DNA of 64,000 nt, taken from the NCBI GenBank assembly GCA_050010755.1, contig JBEKKK010000001.1:224001-288000 (forward strand), read 5' to 3'. Shown here in pieces: positions 9,757 to 18,601 of the stretch. Origin of the DNA: Candidatus Bathyarchaeia archaeon. GTDB taxonomy: Archaea > Thermoproteota > Bathyarchaeia > Bathyarchaeales > Bathycorpusculaceae. The position numbers were made by a program, and so were the translations under genes. The notes beneath the pieces were generated by a model. The model was not told the origin of the DNA. It worked only from the letters and a program-made list of their open reading frames with translations, and made no database searches. The first letter of the stretch is position 1, and each line of letters starts with the position of its first letter.

Positions 9757-10275
9757 TTATGTCACATCTACCGATATCTGCAGGTTTGCTGTGACGGCGT
9801 TAGCACCAGCGGCTGCCTGTGTCTGAACGTATAGTATCCATTGTGTGCTTGCCGGCAGTGTCATGTATGACGTTGTGGTCGGAGTGATCCAAGTGATGCC
9901 TGAAACCGTGTAGTTGAAGGAAGCCTGTGCGCCTCCAGATGTGTTCTCGACAACGAAATTGAAGAATACGAAGTTTGCCACTGTTGCTGTTCCTGTGGCA
10001 GGTGTGATTGAAACGTGGCGTAGTCTGAAAATGTGAGATGCACTGTCGATGTTGCTGATGTTTAGTGGTTGATCGTATGTTAGAGTCGTGTTAGGATATG
10101 CTTTGAGGGCTAGGCTGGCCCATGTTGAGTTGGTTCCCATGGTCGATCCGGTGGGCCAGTCAGTTCCTGAAACAAACACTACAGTCACGCCGGTTACTGC
10201 CGCGCTTGGTTGCATTAATATTGAATAGTATATCGCTGATGCGATGAGCAGTGATAATAGGCGAGCTCGGGACAA
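9757..10275 (-). CDS. secreted hypothetical protein (Thr-rich, beta-sandwich-like)
   Basis: GGAG RBS, hydrophobic signal peptide, N-x-S/T sequons. Confidence 0.6.
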   Translation of the reverse strand: MSRARLLSLLIASAIYYSILMQPSAAVTGVTVVFVSGTDWPTGSTMGTNSTWASLALKAYPNTTLTYDQPLNISNIDSASHIFRLRHVSITPATGTATVANFVFFNFVVENTSGGAQASFNYTVSGITWITPTTTSYMTLPASTQWILYVQTQAAAGANAVTANLQISVDVT

Positions 10276-10410
10276 TTGACCATCTCCTTACCCCAGTGAA
10301 GAATGCACATGACCTAGTATAGACATTGTTTCAAACTTGGATGTATTCCAACGCCGAAAACCGATCAATCGCGAACCCTAGGAAATCTTGACGCGCACGT
10401 GTTTTGCAAA

Positions 10411-10422
10411 TAGCGCGCGCTA
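10411..10422. repeat. palindromic TAGCGCGCGCTA copy of the intergenic (GC)n motif
   Basis: 12-bp perfect palindrome; preceded by ACGCGCACGT at 10391. Confidence 0.9.
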
Positions 10423-10519
10423 CTATCAGAAAACACGCTTATGACGAGCGGAGATTTTCCGCAAACTTTAAGCCGAGTTTGGAAGTAACCGTCTATTCAG
10501 AAACTGGGAAGGACAACCA

Positions 10520-10681
10520 TTGATTATCATTTGGCTCATAGTTTTGGTTGCGGCTCTCGCAGTTGTCTTGTCAACCGTCGCTGTCATAATTTGGCTTATG
10601 AGAAGACGACAATCGGTCAATGGATCCAAAAAGAATCGAGTGCCGCCTCCACCTCCGCCCGCGCTCTGTGATCTCCATTAA
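10520..10681 (+). CDS. small single-TM protein with polyproline tail (not in the ORF track)
   Basis: TTG start; LIIIWLIVLVAALAVVLSTVAVIIWLM-RRR (positive-inside)...VPPPPPP; 53 aa. Confidence 0.45.
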   Translation: MIIIWLIVLVAALAVVLSTVAVIIWLMRRRQSVNGSKKNRVPPPPPPALCDLH

Positions 10682-10920
10682 CACCTAGCCTTATTGCGTC
10701 CTAGGCCTGCCTAATGTGCAAACTTGAATAGATTATTCTTCTAGAACTATCTTCCACAAGCCGTATTTGATTGGTACTGACTATCAAGATTGTACGAGAA
10801 GGGAAAGGACAGAGGGAAAGGGCAACGGGGAAAGGATGGAAAAAATATGCCCTTCCCCTCAGCCATCCGGCTTGTTCTTTGCAGTTGCTATTTAAATAGC
10901 TTCTGGACTCTTCCTTCTGC

Positions 10921-10931
10921 GGCGCGCGCTA
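10921..10931. repeat. GGCGCGCGCTA motif, inverted partner of 12726-12736
   Basis: read directly. Confidence 0.85.
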
Positions 10932-11169
10932 TTGAAGCTTCTCGGCACACATCGGACATTTAAGCGGATAATTGTCTTTCCTCATCATTCTTATTTCACA
11001 AAAAAAGCGCGCACGCTCTATCTCTTTTCAACAGTCGAGATGCCCCTGCTACCGCTGGGTATCGCTCAGCCGCCACACGTGATGCAGCAGAAAAGCTGGT
11101 GATAAGTCCCAAACGAAGAGGCCTTCTTGCGCGCCTCGGTCTTCAGATGCGCGGATATGGTTTAATGAA

Positions 11170-11919
11170 TTAATCCAATAGTTTTCCGAGTTCTCTTAAA
11201 ACTTGTTCTTTTGTCTTTTCTGTGAATTCAGTCGTGACGAACGTTCCTTTCCATGAATCCAAAAACCGTTTGTCGGAGATTTCGGTAATGATCAGTTTCA
11301 GATTCTTCTTTATCATCTCTGGATGAGCTAGTGCCTTCTTTGCTCTTTCCTCCGTATCGTCTGGGATGCCGTTTCTCCAGACTAACGTAGCTATGTCTCT
11401 AATGTCGCTTGGTCTTGCGGACATCATCTTCAAGAGCAAATAATCAGTATAATCAGGAACGAAAATCTCTACTTCCTTTTCAGCGATAGGAATCTTCACT
11501 TTCTTGGTCTTCTGCAAGAACTCCTGAGTTATGTAGAATACCTGCTCATCCGTTCTTCCTCTCACTTCTCCCTCCAGGAAATCGATTGATATCTTTGCAC
11601 CTCTGCTTTCGATCTGAAGGAGCTTGACACATCGTAGAAAACCGTAATTGTCTCTTTTCTCAAAGGTTTCGATGCTTAAGTCTTTAGGCAACAACGTTTG
11701 TATCCTGTCCAAATTCCAACCTTTCGATTTCTTTAGGACGAAATCGCAGTCTCTTGTGTACCTTGAAAATGTCGCGAATGCTCTGAGAGCATAGCCGCCG
11801 ATCGTTACAATCTTAGGATTTTCAAATCCGTTGGTTTGTTTAGAAAAGTGATCGATCAACTTTTCAATCTCTTCTTCTCTTACATTCATAACGTCGACAT
11901 GTCTAACCAAGTTCAGCAA
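11170..11919 (-). CDS. AbiEii/DUF6036-like nucleotidyltransferase (type IV toxin-like)
   Basis: IGGYAL...RYTRDCDF (GG...RxTxDxD) and LKMMSARPSDIRD; start may be the ATG at 11889. Confidence 0.75.
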   Translation of the reverse strand: MLNLVRHVDVMNVREEEIEKLIDHFSKQTNGFENPKIVTIGGYALRAFATFSRYTRDCDFVLKKSKGWNLDRIQTLLPKDLSIETFEKRDNYGFLRCVKLLQIESRGAKISIDFLEGEVRGRTDEQVFYITQEFLQKTKKVKIPIAEKEVEIFVPDYTDYLLLKMMSARPSDIRDIATLVWRNGIPDDTEERAKKALAHPEMIKKNLKLIITEISDKRFLDSWKGTFVTTEFTEKTKEQVLRELGKLLD

Positions 11920-12613
11920 CCTTCTCTATTGCTTCATCAATTTCTCTTCTGACGAATGTGTCTTCCATTTTTGCTTCTCTGTGCCGGAATTCTACTCCGC
12001 TTAATTCGCCTAATTGATGGAAACCATACTCTAAGGCCTGTTTGGCCCTCACGTTTGTCTTTGAGATTCTCTTCCAATATGATTCCTTGTACAATCTATC
12101 CAAATTGATTCTGTCTTTGTTTTCATACAAGGTAGCGAATGCATCTGCGAAAGCCCATTTTTGCAAGCACACTATCACATTTTCTTCCATATCCTCAACA
12201 AACAAGTTTCCCATTTTTCTGTATCTAATCTCAGATGGGTCTTTTGAATACTCTATCTCAAAGGTCCAACCTCTTTTCTTTCCGAACTCTTTCAATGCCT
12301 CTCCGTAAGACCTGTCCTTGACCTTTAATACGTAAATATCTCTATGAACAAAGTCATGGTTCCAGAAGGACGCAGCAGTCTGGGCTGAGACTACTTTAAA
12401 GTTCTTGTCTTTCTCCAAAAAGTCCCAGACATCCTTGACCTTGGTAGGAATCCAATACCAACCCCACTTGACCCTTTCAACTAAGGCCTCCTTGGATAAT
12501 TTGTTCAAGTATTCCTTGGCGTTTGGCTCAACGCCTTTCACAGAGCTAACTCTAACCAAACTTCCTTTAGAGGATCTCAATCTCTTGTTAAACTCTGTCA
12601 AGTATTCGGGCAT
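11903..12613 (-). CDS. AbiEi-like antitoxin / wHTH regulator
   Basis: YLNKLSKEALVERVKWGWY (AbiEi wHTH wing) and VSAQTAA; directly upstream of the NTase gene. Confidence 0.65.
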   Translation of the reverse strand: MPEYLTEFNKRLRSSKGSLVRVSSVKGVEPNAKEYLNKLSKEALVERVKWGWYWIPTKVKDVWDFLEKDKNFKVVSAQTAASFWNHDFVHRDIYVLKVKDRSYGEALKEFGKKRGWTFEIEYSKDPSEIRYRKMGNLFVEDMEENVIVCLQKWAFADAFATLYENKDRINLDRLYKESYWKRISKTNVRAKQALEYGFHQLGELSGVEFRHREAKMEDTFVRREIDEAIEKVAELG

Positions 12614-12725
12614 TGTTGTTCACCTTTTATTATTGTTTGGCAAACTACTTAAAGATATCCGTTCACCTTTCAGCATGTTCTGGCAAAGAAGATGTTATGT
12701 TGGAAAACTCCAAACCTATCATTAT

Positions 12726-12736
12726 TAGCGCGCGCC
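12726..12736. repeat. TAGCGCGCGCC motif, inverted partner of 10921-10931
   Basis: read directly. Confidence 0.85.
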
Positions 12737-12796
12737 TTCCCACGTTTCTTGTGGACGTTTTCCCATGTTTCTTGTGAGCGTGCGCACTTGTTACGT

Positions 12797-12990
12797 TCAT
12801 GCTTTTTTAGAAATGCTGATTTGGTGCTCTCTCAAGACAACGGCGACAGCGAAGACTACGGTCAGCGCGACTAGGCTTAGCACTGTCGGTGTTAGGCGGA
12901 TGCCCCCCGGCGTGTAGTTTAGGAGTAGGCCCATGATGGGAACGAAAGCCAGGCTCATGCCTATACTGAGGGCTGTGCGTTCGATGATGA
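12797..12990 (-). pseudogene. C-terminal fragment of a DUF1616-type membrane protein
   Basis: IERTALSIGMSLAFVPIMGLLLNYTPGGIRL matches the DUF1616 signature (ER.ALS.G.S...P..GL.LNYTPWGIRL); N-terminal part is missing. Confidence 0.65.
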
Positions 12991-13162
12991 AGTTAGTATT
13001 TTCTGTAATATTATATGAGGAAGGACAGAGAGGCATTATTTCCGTTTTTGGGCATAGCCGCAAGTTTGTCACTTTCATTTTTCCATGGTGTTTTACAATT
13101 GTTGTGGATATACCTTTTTATTTTAAAACAACACGTATTAAAGTGGATTGGAACGGATCGAG

Positions 13163-13543
13163 ATGCCGAAACGCAATGACTTGGAACAGAAGGCTCTGCA
13201 ATTCATAGTGAACACCGGTTTCAATGGGGTTCTTCAATCAGACCTGTGGCATGAACTCGGAGCAACCAGTCGAGAAGGCTCTAGAATATCGTTGAAGCTG
13301 GAGATTAAGGGACTCATCCGTCGAGAGAAAGAGCTTCGAGAAGGAAGATGGACATTCAGACTTTTCCCGAAGAGGTTGCCGGCCTCAATCGATTCCATAG
13401 CGGACTGTCCATGCCTAATGTGTCCAGATAACCCCCGATGCGACCCATCAAGCGCAACTTCACCCCAAACCTGCGAGCGCCTCACGGACTGGCTCCTCAA
13501 CATATCTGGAACCGCCCAGCAAGGCACGATGGGTGACAGTTAA
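13163..13543 (+). CDS. archaeal Rpc34/C39 homologue (TFE-beta): wHTH plus Fe-S cysteine domain
   Basis: GVLQSDLW.ELG..SREGSRI..KLE.KGLI.RE wHTH; PCLMCPDNPRC...SPQTCERLTDWL. Confidence 0.75.
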   Translation: MPKRNDLEQKALQFIVNTGFNGVLQSDLWHELGATSREGSRISLKLEIKGLIRREKELREGRWTFRLFPKRLPASIDSIADCPCLMCPDNPRCDPSSATSPQTCERLTDWLLNISGTAQQGTMGDS

Positions 13544-13545
13544 TC

Positions 13546-14160
13546 TCGCCAAAAGCGTGGATCCAGGACAGGAAAAGAGACTACTACTATCAAAAGGCAA
13601 AACAGGAGAAATACCGTTCCAGAGCCTCGTACAAGTTGTTCCAAACAATCCAAAAATACCATTTTATAGAATTCGGCGATGTCGTCGTCGACTTAGGCGC
13701 GGCGCCTGGAGGATGGATTCAGGCGGCGAGAAAAACGGCGGGAAAACGAGGCTTCGTCCTGGGCGTCGATTTGAAGCACATCGAACCTTTTCCGCAGGAT
13801 TATGTCAGGACAATAATCTGTGACATTACGGAACAGGATGCTGCTCAACAAATTTCACAGATGCTTCCTAGAAAAGCTGATGTGGTGATTTCGGACGCCT
13901 CTCCCAACATCTCGGGAATATGGGATGTTGACCACGCTCGACAAATAGATATGGCACAGCATGCGCTGCAAATAGCTTTAGAGACGCTCAGGCCCGGAGG
14001 CAACTTCTTCGTGAAGGTCTTCCAAGGTGACATGCTTGACGGTTACACGCATGAGGTGAAGCAGCACTTTGAAACCGTCCTGGTGATAAAGCCCAAAGCA
14101 AGCAGGGCCAAGAGCTCGGAGATGTTCATTCTAGGACGGAATTTGCAAGAGGCTGCTTAA
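13546..14160 (+). CDS. rlmE: 23S rRNA 2'-O-methyltransferase RlmE/FtsJ
   Basis: DYYYQKAKQEKYRSRASYKL, DLGAAPGGW, VISDASPN, KVFQG, KPKASR..SSE; the conserved N-terminus begins 30 codons before the tracked TTG. Confidence 0.9.
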   Translation, partial: SPKAWIQDRKRDYYYQKAKQEKYRSRASYKLFQTIQKYHFIEFGDVVVDLGAAPGGWIQAARKTAGKRGFVLGVDLKHIEPFPQDYVRTIICDITEQDAAQQISQMLPRKADVVISDASPNISGIWDVDHARQIDMAQHALQIALETLRPGGNFFVKVFQGDMLDGYTHEVKQHFETVLVIKPKASRAKSSEMFILGRNLQEAA

Positions 14161-14209
14161 GCAGCAAACATAAATTCTATCAGTTGATTTATGTAGATTC
14201 GGTGAAAAC

Positions 14210-14902
14210 CTGAGAATCATCGCGGCGGACTCGTCTGCAGCCGTTTTGAACGAGAAGTTCGAGCCCTTGTCGATTGTGGCCGCAGCGTCAGTCCTAGTGG
14301 TTCCGCCCTACCGAGAAGCAAGCGCGTTCTTGGCAGAGCCGATTTTTGCAAACGCAGCCAACGGAAGCGAAGTCGTCGTTCACGAGGCGGAACTCTGCAG
14401 AGAACTTATAGGAAAAGTGAAGGCAGACGTGGTGCACTTGGACATGTCTCTGGGATCTACTCCACTGGAACAGCTTTCACCGATTCAATTCACTAACATG
14501 AGAATATCCTCCAAGGCAAAGCAGCACCTTCTCAAAATCTTGCCAAGGATAAGAAAGATTGCGAATGAGATAACGCTGAAGCACGGAGCAGACGTGTTGG
14601 CGATAGGCAAAGAAAGCATCCCTGTGAGAATTGCAGAGTTGACGGCAGGCGCGCACGCAATACTGTACGCGTCTGAAAAGGCCGTCGCAGAAGGAAAGCC
14701 GCTCCTTCTGGGCCTGCCCTCCAGATGCCAACCCCGCTTCACCGAAGGCGCAGTGAGCCTCTACTCACTCATGGCCGCAGAACACGACGTGAGAGGCTCC
14801 GCAGAAGATTCAACGAAAACCCTAGACAAGGTTAATATCGCGGAAATGTTAAACCCAGTTGCAAGAGGCTTTCGAACCTTAAGAATAACGCCTAAAAACT
14901 GA
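14210..14902 (+). CDS. DUF4152 family protein
   Basis: CTG-start extension LRIIAADSSAAVLNEKFEP..VAAASVLVVPPY; VHLDMSLG; IGKESIPVRIAE. Confidence 0.75.
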   Translation: MRIIAADSSAAVLNEKFEPLSIVAAASVLVVPPYREASAFLAEPIFANAANGSEVVVHEAELCRELIGKVKADVVHLDMSLGSTPLEQLSPIQFTNMRISSKAKQHLLKILPRIRKIANEITLKHGADVLAIGKESIPVRIAELTAGAHAILYASEKAVAEGKPLLLGLPSRCQPRFTEGAVSLYSLMAAEHDVRGSAEDSTKTLDKVNIAEMLNPVARGFRTLRITPKN

Positions 14903-14918
14903 ACGAGGATGATGTGCC

Positions 14919-15497
14919 ATGGGTATGAGTTTGTGGAAAGGCGCCTCCTCAAGAGGCAGAAGGATAATGATTATCGTTGCATTTTTGCTATTCGCAGTAT
15001 TGGTGACCATAATCGGCATTCTAGCTCCCCTGAGCTCTCAACAGATCGCAAGCGAGAACAGCGAATTGAACAGTACACAACAACAGATCCAAGGCATGGA
15101 TTTTGCGCATCGAACTGTGGCAATATTCCTGAACAACTTTGAGATATGTCTCCTGATGTTTGTGCCTTTCTTGGGAATCTTCATAGGAACATTTACACTA
15201 TTCAACACAGGCAGTGTGCTCGCAGCGCAGACGATAACCATAAACGCGAGCAACGCCGCTCGCATTCCTCCCATTCCTGCCGTTCCTCCCATTCTTGTCT
15301 TTGGGTTCCTGTTTGTTTTTCCGTTCGCATGGCTGGAATTCATATCGTACTCCACAGCTCTCTCAGAGGGCTTCTGGCTCATCAGACGCGGCTTACAGGG
15401 CGAATTGAAACGAGAAATCAAAAATCTTGGAAAACTCATCCTGATTACTGCAGCATTGCTTGCGGCAGGGGCCTTAATAGAAGCAGCCCTTATCTAA
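14919..15497 (+). CDS. SpoIIM/DUF95-like membrane protein
   Basis: IFLNN...P..G...N.G, P.AWLE and C-terminal AGALIEA motifs; 4-5 TM helices. Confidence 0.75.
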   Translation: MGMSLWKGASSRGRRIMIIVAFLLFAVLVTIIGILAPLSSQQIASENSELNSTQQQIQGMDFAHRTVAIFLNNFEICLLMFVPFLGIFIGTFTLFNTGSVLAAQTITINASNAARIPPIPAVPPILVFGFLFVFPFAWLEFISYSTALSEGFWLIRRGLQGELKREIKNLGKLILITAALLAAGALIEAALI

Positions 15498-15566
15498 ACC
15501 CTCAGCTTAGCGTTGTGGGTTTGCAGACGGAAGGCCACAACCTCTGCCGCATTCGCGGGACTTGAC

Positions 15567-16424
15567 TCAGCCTCTTGCAATTTTCAGGTTAATATCTAAA
15601 GCTCTCGGGCTCTCTGTTATTTCTCCCAAGCTTACAATGTCAACTTTCGTTGAGGCGTAAGCAAGAACGGTCTCGGCGGTGATTCCGCCGCTGGCTTCGA
15701 TCAACACTTTTCCGAGAAAACCAGCTTTCTCCAGAAGTCTCATTGCCACCTGCACTTGTTTTGGAGAAAAATTGTCCAACATGATTATGTCGGCTCCCGC
15801 CTCTGCAGCTTTCACGGCGACAGCGGCGCTGGGCACTTCAACCTCTATTTTCTTGCTGAACGAAGCTCTCTCCTTAGCGGTTCTGACGGCCTCTCGCAGG
15901 CTTCCGGCCATAGCGATGTGATTGTCTTTAATCAACACCATGTCGTCAAGATGAAGCCTATGCGTGTCGCCTCCGCCCAAAAGAACCGCTTTCTTGTCAA
16001 AATAAAGAAGCCCCGGCGCCGATTTCCGTGTACACGCAATTCTCGTTTTAAGCCCTGCCTTCAGGATCATCTTCACCAGCTTCCTCGTTGCAGTTGCTAT
16101 GCCGCTCATACGCGAGAGAAGGTTGAGCAGCGTCCGTTCCACCGAAAGGATTGTCCTCGCGTCACCAGATATCCTCATTACGACCTGATTAGCCTCCACT
16201 TCGTCCCCGTCCCCGAATAAAGCTTGAGTCTCGAGTCCCAAACTCTCAAGAAGAACCGTGGATTCCTCGATTCCAGCGGCGACCCCTGACTCTTTAAACC
16301 TCACCTCAGCCTCCCCAGTTGCACCGACCTGAACTATCAGCGCCGTGGTTATGTCTCCTTCTCCTACGTCTTCGGCCAACATGTTCCGAAGCCTATCTTC
16401 CAAGATTTTGTGGGGCAAGAACAT
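15567..16424 (-). CDS. nadC: quinolinate phosphoribosyltransferase
   Basis: EDVGEGDITT, ERTLLN, TRKSAPG, HRLHL.D, IKDNH, MLDN, EASGGI. Confidence 0.95.
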   Translation of the reverse strand: MFLPHKILEDRLRNMLAEDVGEGDITTALIVQVGATGEAEVRFKESGVAAGIEESTVLLESLGLETQALFGDGDEVEANQVVMRISGDARTILSVERTLLNLLSRMSGIATATRKLVKMILKAGLKTRIACTRKSAPGLLYFDKKAVLLGGGDTHRLHLDDMVLIKDNHIAMAGSLREAVRTAKERASFSKKIEVEVPSAAVAVKAAEAGADIIMLDNFSPKQVQVAMRLLEKAGFLGKVLIEASGGITAETVLAYASTKVDIVSLGEITESPRALDINLKIARG

Positions 16425-16573
16425 GCCCGTATTTCTTAATCTTCTAGCCTAAAACACTTGTCTTCTTTGGGGCCTGTCAATCATCGTTATTAGGGCGTGC
16501 GCACCAGCTAGTACATTTCGAGATTATCGACCAAGACGGATTCTTCTTCGAGCGGCTGCGATATGTAGCTACC

Positions 16574-17206
16574 TTATAGGAACATAGCATATAGGACTGA
16601 GTCTGCAGTTACGGTCACAGTTGTTGTGTTTCCAAAGATTTCTTGCCCATTGAAGTTCCAAGAATAGAACATGAATGGTGGCGTAGCGTCAATGGCTGTA
16701 AAGGTCATGTTAGTTCCTACTGGCACGGTGTATGTTCCAACATCGGGGCTTATGTCTCCGTATGGGTATGTCACTGGTTTAAAGCAGAACTTTAGCACTG
16801 TCAAAGTAACATTATTGGTTGGTGGCGGTGTCACTGGCGGTGTTGTTGGGGGCTGTGGGGACTCTATTGGATTGAATATTGCGATAAGAACGTGGTCGCT
16901 GTTCATTGTTATTGTTATTGTATTTCCTTCTGTCGTGACATTGTACATACTGTCTAGTATCCATGAGTCAAAATACCATCCTGGAATTGGATGTGCAATC
17001 ACGTCTACAACAGTTCCATTAGGATAAGTATTGATGCCTGGACTTGGGATTGTTGTCCCATAATCAGTTGCCCATCCAGAACAAGGTTCTGTTTTTATTG
17101 TTAGCGTACAGAAAGTTTGCGCTCGCGTGTCATGGACGACGCCCAAGGACAACACGCTGATAACCAGAAGAATCAATAGTGCTGAGGATGCTGCTCTCTT
17201 CAACAT
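16574..17206 (-). CDS. secreted protein with two InlB B-repeat-like domains and a Pro/Thr linker
   Basis: Signal peptide; G.T.PSPG..TY..GT.V...A.P..GW.F.SW motif twice; PQPPTTPPVTPPPT linker. Confidence 0.7.
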   Translation of the reverse strand: MLKRAASSALLILLVISVLSLGVVHDTRAQTFCTLTIKTEPCSGWATDYGTTIPSPGINTYPNGTVVDVIAHPIPGWYFDSWILDSMYNVTTEGNTITITMNSDHVLIAIFNPIESPQPPTTPPVTPPPTNNVTLTVLKFCFKPVTYPYGDISPDVGTYTVPVGTNMTFTAIDATPPFMFYSWNFNGQEIFGNTTTVTVTADSVLYAMFL

Positions 17207-17372
17207 TCTCCCTTCTACTGGATATAGAAGTAGAAAATTGGAACTAATTAACACCTATGGAACACTCTTCTATTGCAAATCAGAATTTCCACAAGGATGA
17301 GGTATCAAATGCAAAGCCCGCGCTGTCTCGGTTTCTACTGAGCACGAACGCGCTGGATTTTAGATAACGACG

Positions 17373-17384
17373 GCGCGCGCGCTA
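17373..17384. repeat. GCGCGCGCGCTA motif copy
   Basis: read directly; intergenic. Confidence 0.85.
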
Positions 17385-17400
17385 AGAAACGTTCACAAAA

Positions 17401-17760
17401 TCAGCTTTCTTTCATGAAGCTTTTTGCCAAGGGGTCACCTTTCTTGGTCAACACGTACCTTCGATACGTGTCTCGGCTGGTGAATCTTAATTCACCCTTG
17501 ACGAGGTTAGCTCTTTCCGGCATGTTCAGATCCATCTCGCTTGGTTGATTTCCGTTGGGATACTCCCTTGAGCCAATATTACTAGATCATATCTCTTTGC
17601 TTTTTTGATGGCAAGCATGAGAGCCTTGAATCTTCGGGGTCCCTCTTCATTTATCTGTTCTTTTTCCCTCTCGAAGTCTTCCTCCACCACCTTTTCAAGA
17701 TATGCTCCCAACAACAATGACATTTTGACCCCCGAATCAGCTATGTCACTGAGGAGATAC
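17401..17760 (-). pseudogene. frameshifted hypothetical gene with wHTH-like C-terminus
   Basis: ORF 17526-17723 continues in another frame as MDLNMPERANLVKGELRFTSRDTYRRYVLTKKGDPLAKSFMKES* (Y.LT.KG wing motif). Confidence 0.45.
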
Positions 17761-18004
17761 GAAATTTATGGAAAGCAAGAAGAAGAACTGAGGGCTGTCT
17801 TCACATGCGAAACGAAACCTCCTGTCGCGCGAGTCTTTTGGAGGCGAAAGAAGCGAAGCGCACGCTAGTGAGTTGCAAAGGCCATTGTCAACAACTGTTG
17901 ACCTATTGTTTAGGTTTGGTCAAGAACACAGGAATTATCTGTGCGTCTTTGGTTACAGCCTGTTGTCGTTGGCTGCTATGCATGGCCGACTTGAGAAAGA
18001 TGAC

Positions 18005-18601
18005 ATGGTGACGGTTCAGGCTCGGAGGGTTGAAGCGTTTGGGAAGTTGAGGCTAGGATTTACGCTGTCAATAGTCTCAGTTGTTATGTTCGCGTTAAGC
18101 ACTCTCGGGGCGTTGAGCCTTCTTGGAACGAATTTTCTGTTTGTTCTGGTTCCAGCAACCTATTTTCTGGGCATCTATGAACGAGCAAGCGGTTGGAAAC
18201 TCTTAGGCTTTGGGAAAACAGAAACGGTTATGTGGCTTAGTGCGATTCTCCTGGCTCTTTCTCCGTTGAGTTGGGTCTTTGCTGCAGGTTCGGGTTTGTT
18301 CTACTCGTACATCACAATTGACGCACTCTCTCTGGTCCCTCCAGCACTGTGGGCATTCTACACGATTGTTGAGAGTCACAACGTCGGGGAACTGGAGAAA
18401 AAACTGGGCTTGAACCTTAGACGAGGAAGAATCTTCGCTTTGTGTGGAATCCTGACCCTTATCGTCGCATATGGGGTTGCACTTTTTTCAGGGATTGGTT
18501 CTGCAACCTTCTACCTTCTGCCATTCAATTTGATCGTTTTCGCAGCTCCATTTCTGATCCTTTCCTGCGTCACGTTCATCAGAAAACTCAAACTCAAGTA
18601 G
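18005..18601 (+). CDS. multi-pass membrane hypothetical protein
   Basis: about 6 hydrophobic segments; ATG at 18005. Confidence 0.6.
   Translation: MVTVQARRVEAFGKLRLGFTLSIVSVVMFALSTLGALSLLGTNFLFVLVPATYFLGIYERASGWKLLGFGKTETVMWLSAILLALSPLSWVFAAGSGLFYSYITIDALSLVPPALWAFYTIVESHNVGELEKKLGLNLRRGRIFALCGILTLIVAYGVALFSGIGSATFYLLPFNLIVFAAPFLILSCVTFIRKLKLK

Noticed and set aside
11030-11075. tRNA-like stretch on the minus strand (CCCAGCGGTAG...CGACTGTTGA)
   Set aside because: No T-arm GTTCRA and no acceptor stem; a cloverleaf cannot be drawn.
9642-12786. CRISPR array or IS interpretation of the (GC)n repeats
   Set aside because: Repeats are only 10-13 bp, irregularly spaced and in mixed orientation; no cas or transposase genes are present.
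13533-13823. 96-aa ORF suggesting a programmed frameshift into rlmE
   Set aside because: The conserved RlmE N-terminus is already in frame with the body, so this ORF is an off-frame shadow.
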